64,000 nucleotides of DNA from contig CBDIIB010000004.1 of assembly GCA_965279525.1 (NCBI GenBank), forward strand, positions 672,001 to 736,000. Reading direction: 5' to 3'. Source of the DNA: Tagaea sp. (GTDB lineage Bacteria; Pseudomonadota; Alphaproteobacteria; CACIAM-22H2). Under the pieces are notes generated by a model, which had not been told where the DNA came from, ran no database searches, and worked only from the letters and a program-made list of their open reading frames with translations. This document shows, one piece after another, positions 32,064-42,220 of the stretch (position 1 is the first letter of the stretch; every line of letters starts with the position of its first letter). The translations under genes were made by a program, and so were the position numbers.

Positions 32064-32929
32064 TTACCTTGTAACAGCTTGATAATGCCGGAAAAATCCA
32101 GACTACCCCGGCCTCCCGATACCATCAGAGCGTACAGCGCCTGGGCCGCGGCCCCCAACGGGGTCGACTGGCCGGCACTCTGCGCGGCCGCCTGGGCGAG
32201 CTTCAGGTCCTTCAGCATCATGTCGGCGGTGAAGCCCGGCTTGTAATCGCGGTTGGCCGGCGACGCGGGCACTGGCCCGGGCACCGGGCAGTACGCCGTC
32301 ATCGACCAGCACTGGCCCGACGATTTCGAGCTGATGTCGAAAAGCTTCTGCGCGTCGAGGCCGAGTTTCTCGGCAAGGCTGAAACCTTCGGCGACCGCGA
32401 CCATCGAAATGCCGAGGATCATGTTGTTGCAGATCTTCGCGGCCTGCCCGTTGCCGGGGCCGCCGGCATGCACGATGGTCTTGCCCATCTGGGCGAGCAG
32501 CGGTTGGGCGCGCTCGAACGCGCGGGTACTGCCGCCGACCATGAAGGTGAGCGTGCCGGCTTCCGCCCCGCCCGTCCCGCCCGACACCGGTGCGTCGACC
32601 ATGTCGAGTCCGTAGCCCTCGGCCTTCTTCGCGACCGCGCGCGCGGTGTCGACATCGATGGTCGAGCAGTCGGCCAGCAGCGCGCCCTTGGGCGTCACGG
32701 GGAGGATCTCGTCGTAGACGCCGCGCACGTGCGGCCCGGCGGGCAACATCGTGACGACGATCTCGGCCCCTTTCACCGCTTCGGCCGCGGACTTCGCGGG
32801 TGCCACCCCGGCCGCCTCGACGTTCTTCGCCACCATGTCGAAGCCGCGCAAGCTGTGCCCGGCCTTGACGAGGTTGCGGGCCATCGGCCCGCCCATGTTG
32901 CCAAGCCCGATGAATGCGATGGTCGCCAT
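32060..32929 (-). CDS. mmsB: 3-hydroxyisobutyrate dehydrogenase
   Basis: FIGLGNMG, DAPVSGG, AKICNNM, PVPGP, LMLKDL-like motif. Confidence 0.92.
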   Translation of the reverse strand: MATIAFIGLGNMGGPMARNLVKAGHSLRGFDMVAKNVEAAGVAPAKSAAEAVKGAEIVVTMLPAGPHVRGVYDEILPVTPKGALLADCSTIDVDTARAVAKKAEGYGLDMVDAPVSGGTGGAEAGTLTFMVGGSTRAFERAQPLLAQMGKTIVHAGGPGNGQAAKICNNMILGISMVAVAEGFSLAEKLGLDAQKLFDISSKSSGQCWSMTAYCPVPGPVPASPANRDYKPGFTADMMLKDLKLAQAAAQSAGQSTPLGAAAQALYALMVSGGRGSLDFSGIIKLLQGK

Positions 32930-32954
32930 GACGCGTTCCTCCCCTGTTTCTTCT

Positions 32955-35098
<2,144 letters not shown>

Positions 35099-35099
35099 C

Positions 35100-35328
35100 G
35101 AACCCGCAAGTCTGTCCCGAGATTTTTGCGGTCCTGTTGACGCCGAGTTGACGCCGAGTTGACATCGAGTTGACGCCGAGTTGACCGTCAACACGCAACG
35201 CCTTGATCGCATTCGATACCCGGTTGACGTTGACAGGAATCAAGCGCCGTCAACCAAACCTTGCGGTCCTGCTTTTTTCAATCCTTCACGATGTCAAACA
35301 GCGCACGGCCGGATCGCTCCGACCGATC
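35100..35328 (-). ncRNA. candidate non-coding transcript (GNRA hairpin, boxA-like motif, GUCAAC repeats)
   Basis: Inferred from the upstream promoter, hairpin GGTCGGA-GCGA-TCCGGCC and GCTGTTTGACATCGTGAA; no credible ORF; ends approximate. Confidence 0.4.
35136..35192. repeat. 11-bp tandem repeat GTTGACGCCGA x4 plus GTTGAC, ending in palindrome GTTGAC-C-GTCAAC
   Basis: Units start at 35136, 35147, 35158 (GTTGACATCGA variant), 35169 and 35180. Confidence 0.92.
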
Positions 35329-35333
35329 GCAGG

Positions 35334-35362
35334 ACTATAGGCTGTTGAAGGATTAAATACAA
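35334..35362 (-). promoter_or_regulatory. sigma70-type promoter
   Basis: TTGTAT-N17-TATAGT on the minus strand, inside an AT-rich patch. Confidence 0.65.
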
Positions 35363-35390
35363 CCATAACTACAAATGTAACTGTCCAGAT

Positions 35391-36188
35391 TCACTGCACC
35401 GAAAGAGCCGGTACCCGCATGTTGAACGATGCGTTGTTGGCGATGGCCGTCGCGATCGAGATCACGATGGGGGACGGGAGGCTGCCGAGACCGGTGTAGT
35501 TGGCGAGCCTCACGTTCGCCACCGACGACCACGCCGACACGTCGGCATTCGCGAACTGCAGCATGTCGGCGAGGATCATTCCGTTGGGCGCCATGCGCAC
35601 GCCGACATTGTTGGCGACCGCCGTTGCGGCACTTTCCACCGTCGCGTTGACGACGGAATCCACGGTCGAGGCCGCCCGGACAATCGCCTTCTGAAGCGCA
35701 CCCTCGAGCACCAGCGAACCGAGGAACGCCGCGACCGACAGGTTCGAGTTGCCCGTCGGCGCGACCGACGGCCCCTGCCCATCGCCCGAGCCGCCGCCGG
35801 CCGCGAACTGGCCGATATGCAGCTGCAAGGCCGTGTCGGAATCAACGCCGAGATTGTTCGCGACTGCCGTGGCGGCACTGGTGACCGAACCCAGATCCGT
35901 CGCCGGGATCGTGATCCCGTCGATTCCGGCCGTGCCGCCCGGCGAAGCCTGGTTGTTCGTGATGTCGGTCACTTCGGTCGTCGCGACGACGTTGCCGAAA
36001 TGCACCTGCAGGGACTCCACCATCGTCATGTCGGTCGGGGCGATGTCGATGCGGATGTCGACGTTCTTCGTGACCGTCTCGACGATCGCGGCGTCCCACG
36101 ACCAGCTGACGCGGTCGAAGGCCAGGACGGGCGATGAGGTAGCAAGCGACAGGGCGGCCAGCAGGCCCGATTTCAAGATGGAAGACAT
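35391..36188 (-). CDS. secreted hypothetical protein with 3 ATAVANN-type repeats (short paralog)
   Basis: Signal peptide ending VLA-FD; AAGGAG SD; repeats ATAVANN x2 and ATAIANN; clear paralog of 36389-37387. Confidence 0.88.
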   Translation of the reverse strand: MSSILKSGLLAALSLATSSPVLAFDRVSWSWDAAIVETVTKNVDIRIDIAPTDMTMVESLQVHFGNVVATTEVTDITNNQASPGGTAGIDGITIPATDLGSVTSAATAVANNLGVDSDTALQLHIGQFAAGGGSGDGQGPSVAPTGNSNLSVAAFLGSLVLEGALQKAIVRAASTVDSVVNATVESAATAVANNVGVRMAPNGMILADMLQFANADVSAWSSVANVRLANYTGLGSLPSPIVISIATAIANNASFNMRVPALSVQ

Positions 36189-36215
36189 GACGGCTGCTCC
36201 TTTGTCGGGAAAGTC

Positions 36216-36291
36216 CGACGCCAGAATACGCCGTGCCGGCCCGCGATTGCCGGGGCAGACGGATGGATTTCAGGGCAAGCGTGATATTCCG
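36216..36291 (-). promoter_or_regulatory. 76-bp conserved upstream element, copy A
   Basis: 65/76 identical (hand alignment, no gaps) to 37463-37538. Confidence 0.8.
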
Positions 36292-36332
36292 GCGGTCTTC
36301 CCGCCCGTTCGGGGTATTGCCGTTCGGGCCGG

Positions 36333-36370
36333 AAAAAGAAAGGGAGGAACCGGCGGACCGGTCCCTCCCC
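36333..36370 (-). terminator. intrinsic terminator of the long paralog
   Basis: Minus strand gggagggaccgg-tccg-ccggttcctccc-tttcttttt. Confidence 0.85.
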
Positions 36371-36388
36371 TTGTCGAGACGCATTCCG

Positions 36389-37387
36389 TTACTGCGCTGA
36401 AACGACCGGCGCCTTCACGGAGATCGATGCGTTGTTGCCCACGGCCGTCGCGACCGAACCCACGATCGGACGGGTCAGGGAACCGAGGCCCGTGTAGTTG
36501 CTGAGCGTCACGTCCGTCACCTTCGAACGCGCCGTCACGTCGGCATAGGCGAACTGCGTCACGTCGCCGATGAGCAGCCCGTTGGGGCCCATCGTGACCG
36601 TGAGGTTGTTCGCGACTGCCGTTGCCGAGCTGTCGACCGTGGCGTTGACGATGTCGGCCACCGTCGAAGTCGCCCGGATTTCGGCCTTCGTGGCTCCACC
36701 GGTCGAAGCAAGCGTGGCGAGCACGGCTGCGATCGTCAGGTTGGAGTTGCCGGTCGAGACGGAAGGAACGCCGCCTTCGCTGCCCGAGAGACCGCCAACG
36801 GTGAACTGGCCGATGTGCAGCTGCAGGGCAGTGTCGGAGTCGATGCTGAGGTTGTTCGCGACTGCCGTTGCGGCACTCGAGACCGAGCCCAGTTCGGTGG
36901 CGGCGGCGAGAGACGCCGTCGCCGGGATGACGAACCCGCCCACGCCGATCGTGCCGACCACGGTGCCGTTGATGCCGTTGGGCGCGTCGTCGCTCTCGTT
37001 GACCGAGCCGAAGAGGATCTTCGGGCTCTTGAAGTCGTCGTCGAGGAACTCGCCGGGCGCACCGGCCACACCCAGCCCGTAATGGAACTGGAACGGAATG
37101 ACGACATCATCCGTCACGCCGCCGGGCGAAGGCTGGTTGTTCGTGATGCCGGTCACTTCGGACGTCGCCGTGACGTTGCCGATGTTGGCCTGCAGCGATT
37201 CCACCATCACCATCCCGGTCGGGCTGATGTCGATGTTGACGTTCACGTTCTTGACGATCGTTTCGGTGATGGTGGCATCCCAGGACCAGTCGACATTGTC
37301 GAACGCGAGTGCTGGTGACGCCAGGGCGAGCGTGACGGCGATCGCCGACGCACCGGCCAGAAGGCCTGCTTTCGTGATGCGAGACAT
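36389..37387 (-). CDS. secreted hypothetical protein with 3 ATAV(A/G)NN repeats (long paralog)
   Basis: Start MSRITKAGLL with AAGGAG SD; signal peptide ending ALA-FD; Ala/Thr/Val/Ser/Gly/Asn-rich. Confidence 0.9.
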   Translation of the reverse strand: MSRITKAGLLAGASAIAVTLALASPALAFDNVDWSWDATITETIVKNVNVNIDISPTGMVMVESLQANIGNVTATSEVTGITNNQPSPGGVTDDVVIPFQFHYGLGVAGAPGEFLDDDFKSPKILFGSVNESDDAPNGINGTVVGTIGVGGFVIPATASLAAATELGSVSSAATAVANNLSIDSDTALQLHIGQFTVGGLSGSEGGVPSVSTGNSNLTIAAVLATLASTGGATKAEIRATSTVADIVNATVDSSATAVANNLTVTMGPNGLLIGDVTQFAYADVTARSKVTDVTLSNYTGLGSLTRPIVGSVATAVGNNASISVKAPVVSAQ

Positions 37388-37462
37388 GGGCTTTCTCCTT
37401 GAACGGTTGAAGGCATCGTGCCCGGGCAGGCTGGATCGCACGCACGGGGTGGCTTTTATGCG

Positions 37463-37538
37463 CGACGCCAGAATAGGATTTGCCGGACCGCAATTGCCGA
37501 CGCAGGCGGTCGGATTTCAGGGCAAGCGTGATATTCCG
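37463..37538 (-). promoter_or_regulatory. 76-bp conserved upstream element, copy B
   Basis: Shares the perfect 27-mer ggatttcagggcaagcgtgatattccg with copy A. Confidence 0.8.
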
Positions 37539-37610
37539 ACGCGATGGCGCGGCCCATCGGGATATCGACGTTCGGATTGGCCGTCCCCGTTCAGGCAGCG
37601 GACGAAGCGC

Positions 37611-38315
37611 CTAGCCCCACGGCCCCGTGCGGGTGCGGCCGGCAAACAGCGGCACGTCGCGCCGCTTGAAGAACGGCAGCAGCACGAGGCCCGCGGCGAA
37701 GCCGCCGATATGCGCCCACCACGCCACGCCGCCGGCATCGGCGTCTTCCAGCAGTCCATTGGCGAGTTGCACGACGATCCAGAAGCCGAGCACGAAATAG
37801 GCCGGCAGCCACGCGAGCCGGAAGAACGCGAAGCTGTAGACCTTGGCGTGCGGGTGCAGCAGCAGATAGGCGGCAAGCACGCCCGACACGGCCCCCGAAG
37901 CGCCGATCATCGGGATCTCGGAATGGAAATCGACAAGTGCCTGCGAGAGTGCGGCCGCGAACCCGCACGCGAGATAGAACAGCGCGAAGCGAACGCGCCC
38001 CATCGAATCCTCGACATTGTTCCCGAAGGTCCACAGATAGAGCATGTTGCCCGCGACATGCATCAGGCTGCCATGCAGGAACATCGAGCTGACCACCGTC
38101 AGCCACGGACCAGGCGTGTCGATATAGGGCGGAAGTTCGCCCGTGCCGCCGAGCACGGCCGGGATCATGCCGTAGCCGAGCACGAAGAACATGCCGGCAC
38201 GCTCGTCGAGCGTGAGCTGGTAGAGGAAAACCGCCGCGTTGATCGCCACGCTCGCGGCCGTCAGCAGTGCGAAGCGGCGCGTCGGGTTGTCGTCGTGCAG
38301 CGGGACGAGAAGCAA
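37611..38315 (-). CDS. rhomboid intramembrane serine protease
   Basis: SMFLHG..HVAGNM, GASG, AHIGG. Confidence 0.93.
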   Translation of the reverse strand: MLLVPLHDDNPTRRFALLTAASVAINAAVFLYQLTLDERAGMFFVLGYGMIPAVLGGTGELPPYIDTPGPWLTVVSSMFLHGSLMHVAGNMLYLWTFGNNVEDSMGRVRFALFYLACGFAAALSQALVDFHSEIPMIGASGAVSGVLAAYLLLHPHAKVYSFAFFRLAWLPAYFVLGFWIVVQLANGLLEDADAGGVAWWAHIGGFAAGLVLLPFFKRRDVPLFAGRTRTGPWG

Positions 38316-38322
38316 AAGCCGC

Positions 38323-39171
38323 CTATTCGAGGATGAACCGCAGGATCGTGCCGATCTGGTCGGGCGCCATCAGCGCCGGCGCATGGCCGCACCCGGCGAT
38401 CTCGACCGCGTCGCAGTTCGGCTTCTTGGCCATGCGCAGCAACGTTTCGCGCAGCAGGAGGTCGGAATCCGCACCGCGGATCGCCAGCACGGGCACGCGC
38501 ACCTGGTCCCAGAAGGGCCACAGCGCCAGATCGTCGGCCGGCTTGTCCTGGAACGGCTTGCCGATCGCCGGGTCGTAGCGCAGGCGCAGATTGCCGTCGC
38601 CGGACTCCTCGGCGCTGTGGAAGGCAAGATGCATCCATTCGGCATCGGTAAGCTGGCCGAAAGGTGCGTGCACCTTGCGCAAGTACGCCTCGACCGCGCC
38701 GAAATCCTCGAACCGCTGGTCGCGGCCGACATAATCGCCCAGACGCTTGAGTGCTGCCGCCGGGATGAACGGGCCGACGTCGTTGAGCACGAGCTTGCGG
38801 ATGAACTGGCCGCGCTGGGCGGCCAGCAGCATGCCGATCAGCCCGCCCATCGACGTGCCGATCCAGTCCACCTTCTCGACATCGAGGCGCGCATAGAGCG
38901 CCGAGACCGTCTGCATGTAGATCGGATAGGCATAGTCGTCGGGCTTGGGCAGCCAGTCGGAAGCGCCGCGCCCCGGCATGTCCGGGCACACGACCCGGCA
39001 GCCTTCCTCGCCAAGGGCGCGTGCGAGCGCGTCGAAGTCGCGCCCGTTGCGCGTCAGGCCGTGGACGCAGATCACCGTGCGGGCGGCGTCGTGCGGGCCC
39101 CATTCCGTCCAGGCGAGACGAAAAAATCCGGCGGGCCCGAGAACGGGCATCGAGTTGGCGCGAGGCGTCAT
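38323..39171 (-). CDS. alpha/beta hydrolase
   Basis: VHGLTR, GTSMGG nucleophile elbow, GHAP. Confidence 0.92.
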   Translation of the reverse strand: MTPRANSMPVLGPAGFFRLAWTEWGPHDAARTVICVHGLTRNGRDFDALARALGEEGCRVVCPDMPGRGASDWLPKPDDYAYPIYMQTVSALYARLDVEKVDWIGTSMGGLIGMLLAAQRGQFIRKLVLNDVGPFIPAAALKRLGDYVGRDQRFEDFGAVEAYLRKVHAPFGQLTDAEWMHLAFHSAEESGDGNLRLRYDPAIGKPFQDKPADDLALWPFWDQVRVPVLAIRGADSDLLLRETLLRMAKKPNCDAVEIAGCGHAPALMAPDQIGTILRFILE

Positions 39172-39270
39172 CGGCAACCGTTCTACCCCGCCGGGGCGCC
39201 TATGGACAACCATGCGCTCGCCCCCGTACAAACGCGCCCGAGAAACCCCCGCCGGACATACCGATTCCCC

Positions 39271-40140
39271 ATGCCAGCGCTTTCGCCCCGCGCCCAAGGC
39301 TACCTCTACGCATTGGCTGCACCCTTGTGCTGGTCGACGGGCGGCGTGGTGATGCGCACCGTCGACGCGGACGCCTGGGACATCGTGTTCTGGCGTGCGG
39401 CCGGCCATGCGGTCTGCTTCCCGTTCGTGCTGGCGTTCATCCTGCGCATCGATCCCTTGCGGGGCCTGCGCGACATGCCGCCGGTCGCCATCGCGTCGGC
39501 CCTGCTGCTGGCCGCGAGCTTCGTGCTGCACGTCATCGCGATGACCGCGACGACGGTCGCCGACGCGCTGGTGCTGCAATCCACCTCGCCGCTGATGGTC
39601 GCGGTGCTGGCGCGCATCGTGCTCAAGGACCATGTCCCGGCCGCAAGCTGGATCGCCATCGCGGTGGCGTTCGCCGGCCTCGTGCTCGTGATGGGCGCTT
39701 CGTTCGACGACGGCGGGCTGGTCGGCAAGCTTGCCGCACTCGCCGTGGCGCTGGTCTCGGCCGTCAACGTCATCCTGATCCGGGGTGCGCGCACGCTCGA
39801 CCTGCGGCCGGCGACGGTGTTCGCGGCCCTGATCGCCTGTGCGGTCGCACTCGTCTTCGGCAGTCCGTTCGGCACTTCGGCGGGCGACGCGGCGGCGATC
39901 TTCGTGCTCGGCTTCGTGCAGATGTCGGTCGGGCTCACGTTCTTCTACACCGCCCTCAAGCGCCTCGATCCGGTGTCGGTCACGCTGATCGCCCTGGTCG
40001 AGCCGTTGCTGGGGCCGTTCTGGACGTGGCTTGCGGTCGGCGAGGAGCCCACGCAGGGCACGCTGGTCGGCGGGGCCGTGCTGATCGGAGCACTCGCCTT
40101 CAACACGCTGGCGACCATGCGTTCACGGCCAACATCATGA
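39271..40140 (+). CDS. DMT/EamA transporter
   Basis: About 10 TM segments, WSTGG, FWR, EPLLGPFW. Confidence 0.88.
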   Translation: MPALSPRAQGYLYALAAPLCWSTGGVVMRTVDADAWDIVFWRAAGHAVCFPFVLAFILRIDPLRGLRDMPPVAIASALLLAASFVLHVIAMTATTVADALVLQSTSPLMVAVLARIVLKDHVPAASWIAIAVAFAGLVLVMGASFDDGGLVGKLAALAVALVSAVNVILIRGARTLDLRPATVFAALIACAVALVFGSPFGTSAGDAAAIFVLGFVQMSVGLTFFYTALKRLDPVSVTLIALVEPLLGPFWTWLAVGEEPTQGTLVGGAVLIGALAFNTLATMRSRPTS

Positions 40141-41003
40141 GCCGGTCGTCGCCGCGCGGCGTGGCGATCATGGTCGCCGCGGGGTTCGCCTGGAGCACGA
40201 GCGGCCTGTTCGTGCGCGCCCTCGACGGGACGAGTGCCTGGGAGATGGTGTTCTGGCGCTCGCTGGGCATGATCGCGTTCCTCGGGGCCTACATGCTCTG
40301 GCGCTACCGGCGCGACACCGTGGCCAAGATCGCGGCACTGGGTGCGGGCGGGCTCACGGCGGCGGCCCTGCTCGCCTCGACATTCTTCTTCTTCCTCTAC
40401 GCCGTCAGCGCCACGACGGTGGCGACGGCGCTGTTCTTGATGAGCACGTCGCCCTTCTGGGCGGCCGTCGTCGCGCGCATCGTGCTGGGCGAGCCGCTTG
40501 CCGTGCGCACGCTCGCCGCCATCGCGGCGTGCATCGTCGGCGTGACGATCATGGTGGGCGATGCGCTCGAGTTCGGCTCGATCCTCGGGCCTCTGTCGGC
40601 CCTTTGCGTATCGATCGCCTTCGGGTTCCAGATCACCGTGATGCGCAAGCTCGGCGGACGGGTCGACATGGTGCCGAGCGTGCTCGTCGCCGGGCTCATC
40701 TCGGCCGTGCTCGCCCTGCCGCTCGCCTGGCCGCTGTCGGCAAGTCCGCACGACGTCTTCGTCCTGATGGCGATGGGTGTCATCCAGCTTGGCTGCGGAT
40801 GCCTGCTGATGACGATCGCGACACGCCATCTCGCGGCCGCCGATGTCGGCCTGATCGGACTGCTGGAGACCATCCTGGGACCGCTCTGGGTCTGGCTCCT
40901 CTTCGCCGAACGGCCCAGCAACGCGACGCTGCTGGGGGGCGCCATCATCCTCGCGGCACTCGTCGCGAACGAGGTCGTTGGCCTGCGTCGGCGCGTCCGC
41001 TAA
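40137..41003 (+). CDS. DMT/EamA transporter
   Basis: WSTSG, FWR, ETILGPLW; ATGA overlap with the previous gene. Confidence 0.88.
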   Translation: MSRSSPRGVAIMVAAGFAWSTSGLFVRALDGTSAWEMVFWRSLGMIAFLGAYMLWRYRRDTVAKIAALGAGGLTAAALLASTFFFFLYAVSATTVATALFLMSTSPFWAAVVARIVLGEPLAVRTLAAIAACIVGVTIMVGDALEFGSILGPLSALCVSIAFGFQITVMRKLGGRVDMVPSVLVAGLISAVLALPLAWPLSASPHDVFVLMAMGVIQLGCGCLLMTIATRHLAAADVGLIGLLETILGPLWVWLLFAERPSNATLLGGAIILAALVANEVVGLRRRVR

Positions 41004-41041
41004 GACTGTCTCCTCGCATCATGCCGGGAGAACGCCTGACC

Positions 41042-42220
41042 ATGCCGTCCGTACCGTCCGAAATGCCGCGCGGCCCCCTCGCCGGCATCGTCGTCCTCGA
41101 CATGTCGCGCATCCTTGCCGGCCCCTACTGCACGCTGCTGCTGGCCGAGCTGGGGGCACGCATCATCAAGGTCGAGGACCCGCGCGGCGGCGACGATTCG
41201 CGCGCGTACGGCCCGTTCATCGACGGCGAGTCCGTCTATTTCGCCGCCGTCAACCGCGGCAAGGAGAGCATCGGCCTCGACCTGAAGAAACCGGAGGACC
41301 GCGCGATCTTCGAGCAGCTTCTGGCGCGGTGCGACGTGCTCGTCGAGAATTTCCGCCCCGGTACCATGGACAAGCTCGGCTATGGCTGGGAAGCGCTGCA
41401 CGCGAAGTATCCGCGCCTCGTCTATTGCGCCGCGTCCGGCTTCGGCCACACCGGGCCATACAAGACCGCACCTGCCTACGACATGGTCGTGCAGGGGCTG
41501 GGCGGCATCATGAGCGTGACCGGCCACGAGGGCGCCCCCGTCGCGCGCATCGGCGTGTCGATCGGCGATCTGGGTGCGGGCCTCTATGCTGCCATCGGCG
41601 TGCAGTCGGCGCTGTTCCATCGCGAGCGCACCGGCGAGGCGACGTTCGTCGACATCGGCATGCTCGACTGCCAGCTCTCGCTGATGGAAAACCCGGCCGC
41701 GCGCTATCTCAACACCGGCAAGGTGCCGGGGCCGATGGGCGGGCGGCACGCGTCGATCACGCCGTTCGGCATCTTCCCCACTTCCGACCAGCAGATCATC
41801 ATCGCGGCGGGCAATGACGGCCTGTTCCGCAAGCTGTGCGCGGTGCTCGAAGCGCCCGCCCTGGCCGAGGACAAGCGATACCTGACGAACGGTTCGCGCA
41901 CCGAACACGTGCTGGCGCTGGAAGGCGAGATCGCCGACATCCTGCGCAAGAACACGGCCGCGAACTGGCTTGCCAAGCTCGACGCCGCCGGCATCCCGGC
42001 CGGCCCGATCAACGACGTGAAGGGCGCACTCGAGCATCCGCAGACGGCGGCCCGCCACATGGTCGTCGAGACGTCCACGCCGGGTGGCACGAAGCTCAAG
42101 GTGATCGGCAATCCGATCAAGATCTCGGGCTTTTCCGATCCACCGACGCGCGCCGCTGCCCCCGCACTCGGCCAGCACCGCGACGCGATCGTCGCCGAAC
42201 TTTCGAAGGAAATGAAATGA
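41042..42220 (+). CDS. class III CoA transferase (CaiB/BaiF)
   Basis: PLAGIVVLD, LAGP, NRGKES, ENFRPG, AYDMVVQ. Confidence 0.93.
   Translation: MPSVPSEMPRGPLAGIVVLDMSRILAGPYCTLLLAELGARIIKVEDPRGGDDSRAYGPFIDGESVYFAAVNRGKESIGLDLKKPEDRAIFEQLLARCDVLVENFRPGTMDKLGYGWEALHAKYPRLVYCAASGFGHTGPYKTAPAYDMVVQGLGGIMSVTGHEGAPVARIGVSIGDLGAGLYAAIGVQSALFHRERTGEATFVDIGMLDCQLSLMENPAARYLNTGKVPGPMGGRHASITPFGIFPTSDQQIIIAAGNDGLFRKLCAVLEAPALAEDKRYLTNGSRTEHVLALEGEIADILRKNTAANWLAKLDAAGIPAGPINDVKGALEHPQTAARHMVVETSTPGGTKLKVIGNPIKISGFSDPPTRAAAPALGQHRDAIVAELSKEMK

Noticed and set aside
35136-35192. CRISPR array
   Set aside because: Units are 11 bp, directly abutting, with no unique spacers; no cas genes in the window
35391-37387. 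Calling the paralogs curlin (CsgA), HfaA/HfaD or flagellin
   Set aside because: No canonical curlin repeat spacing or flagellin termini, and no csg/hfa secretion genes nearby; the resemblance is motif-level only
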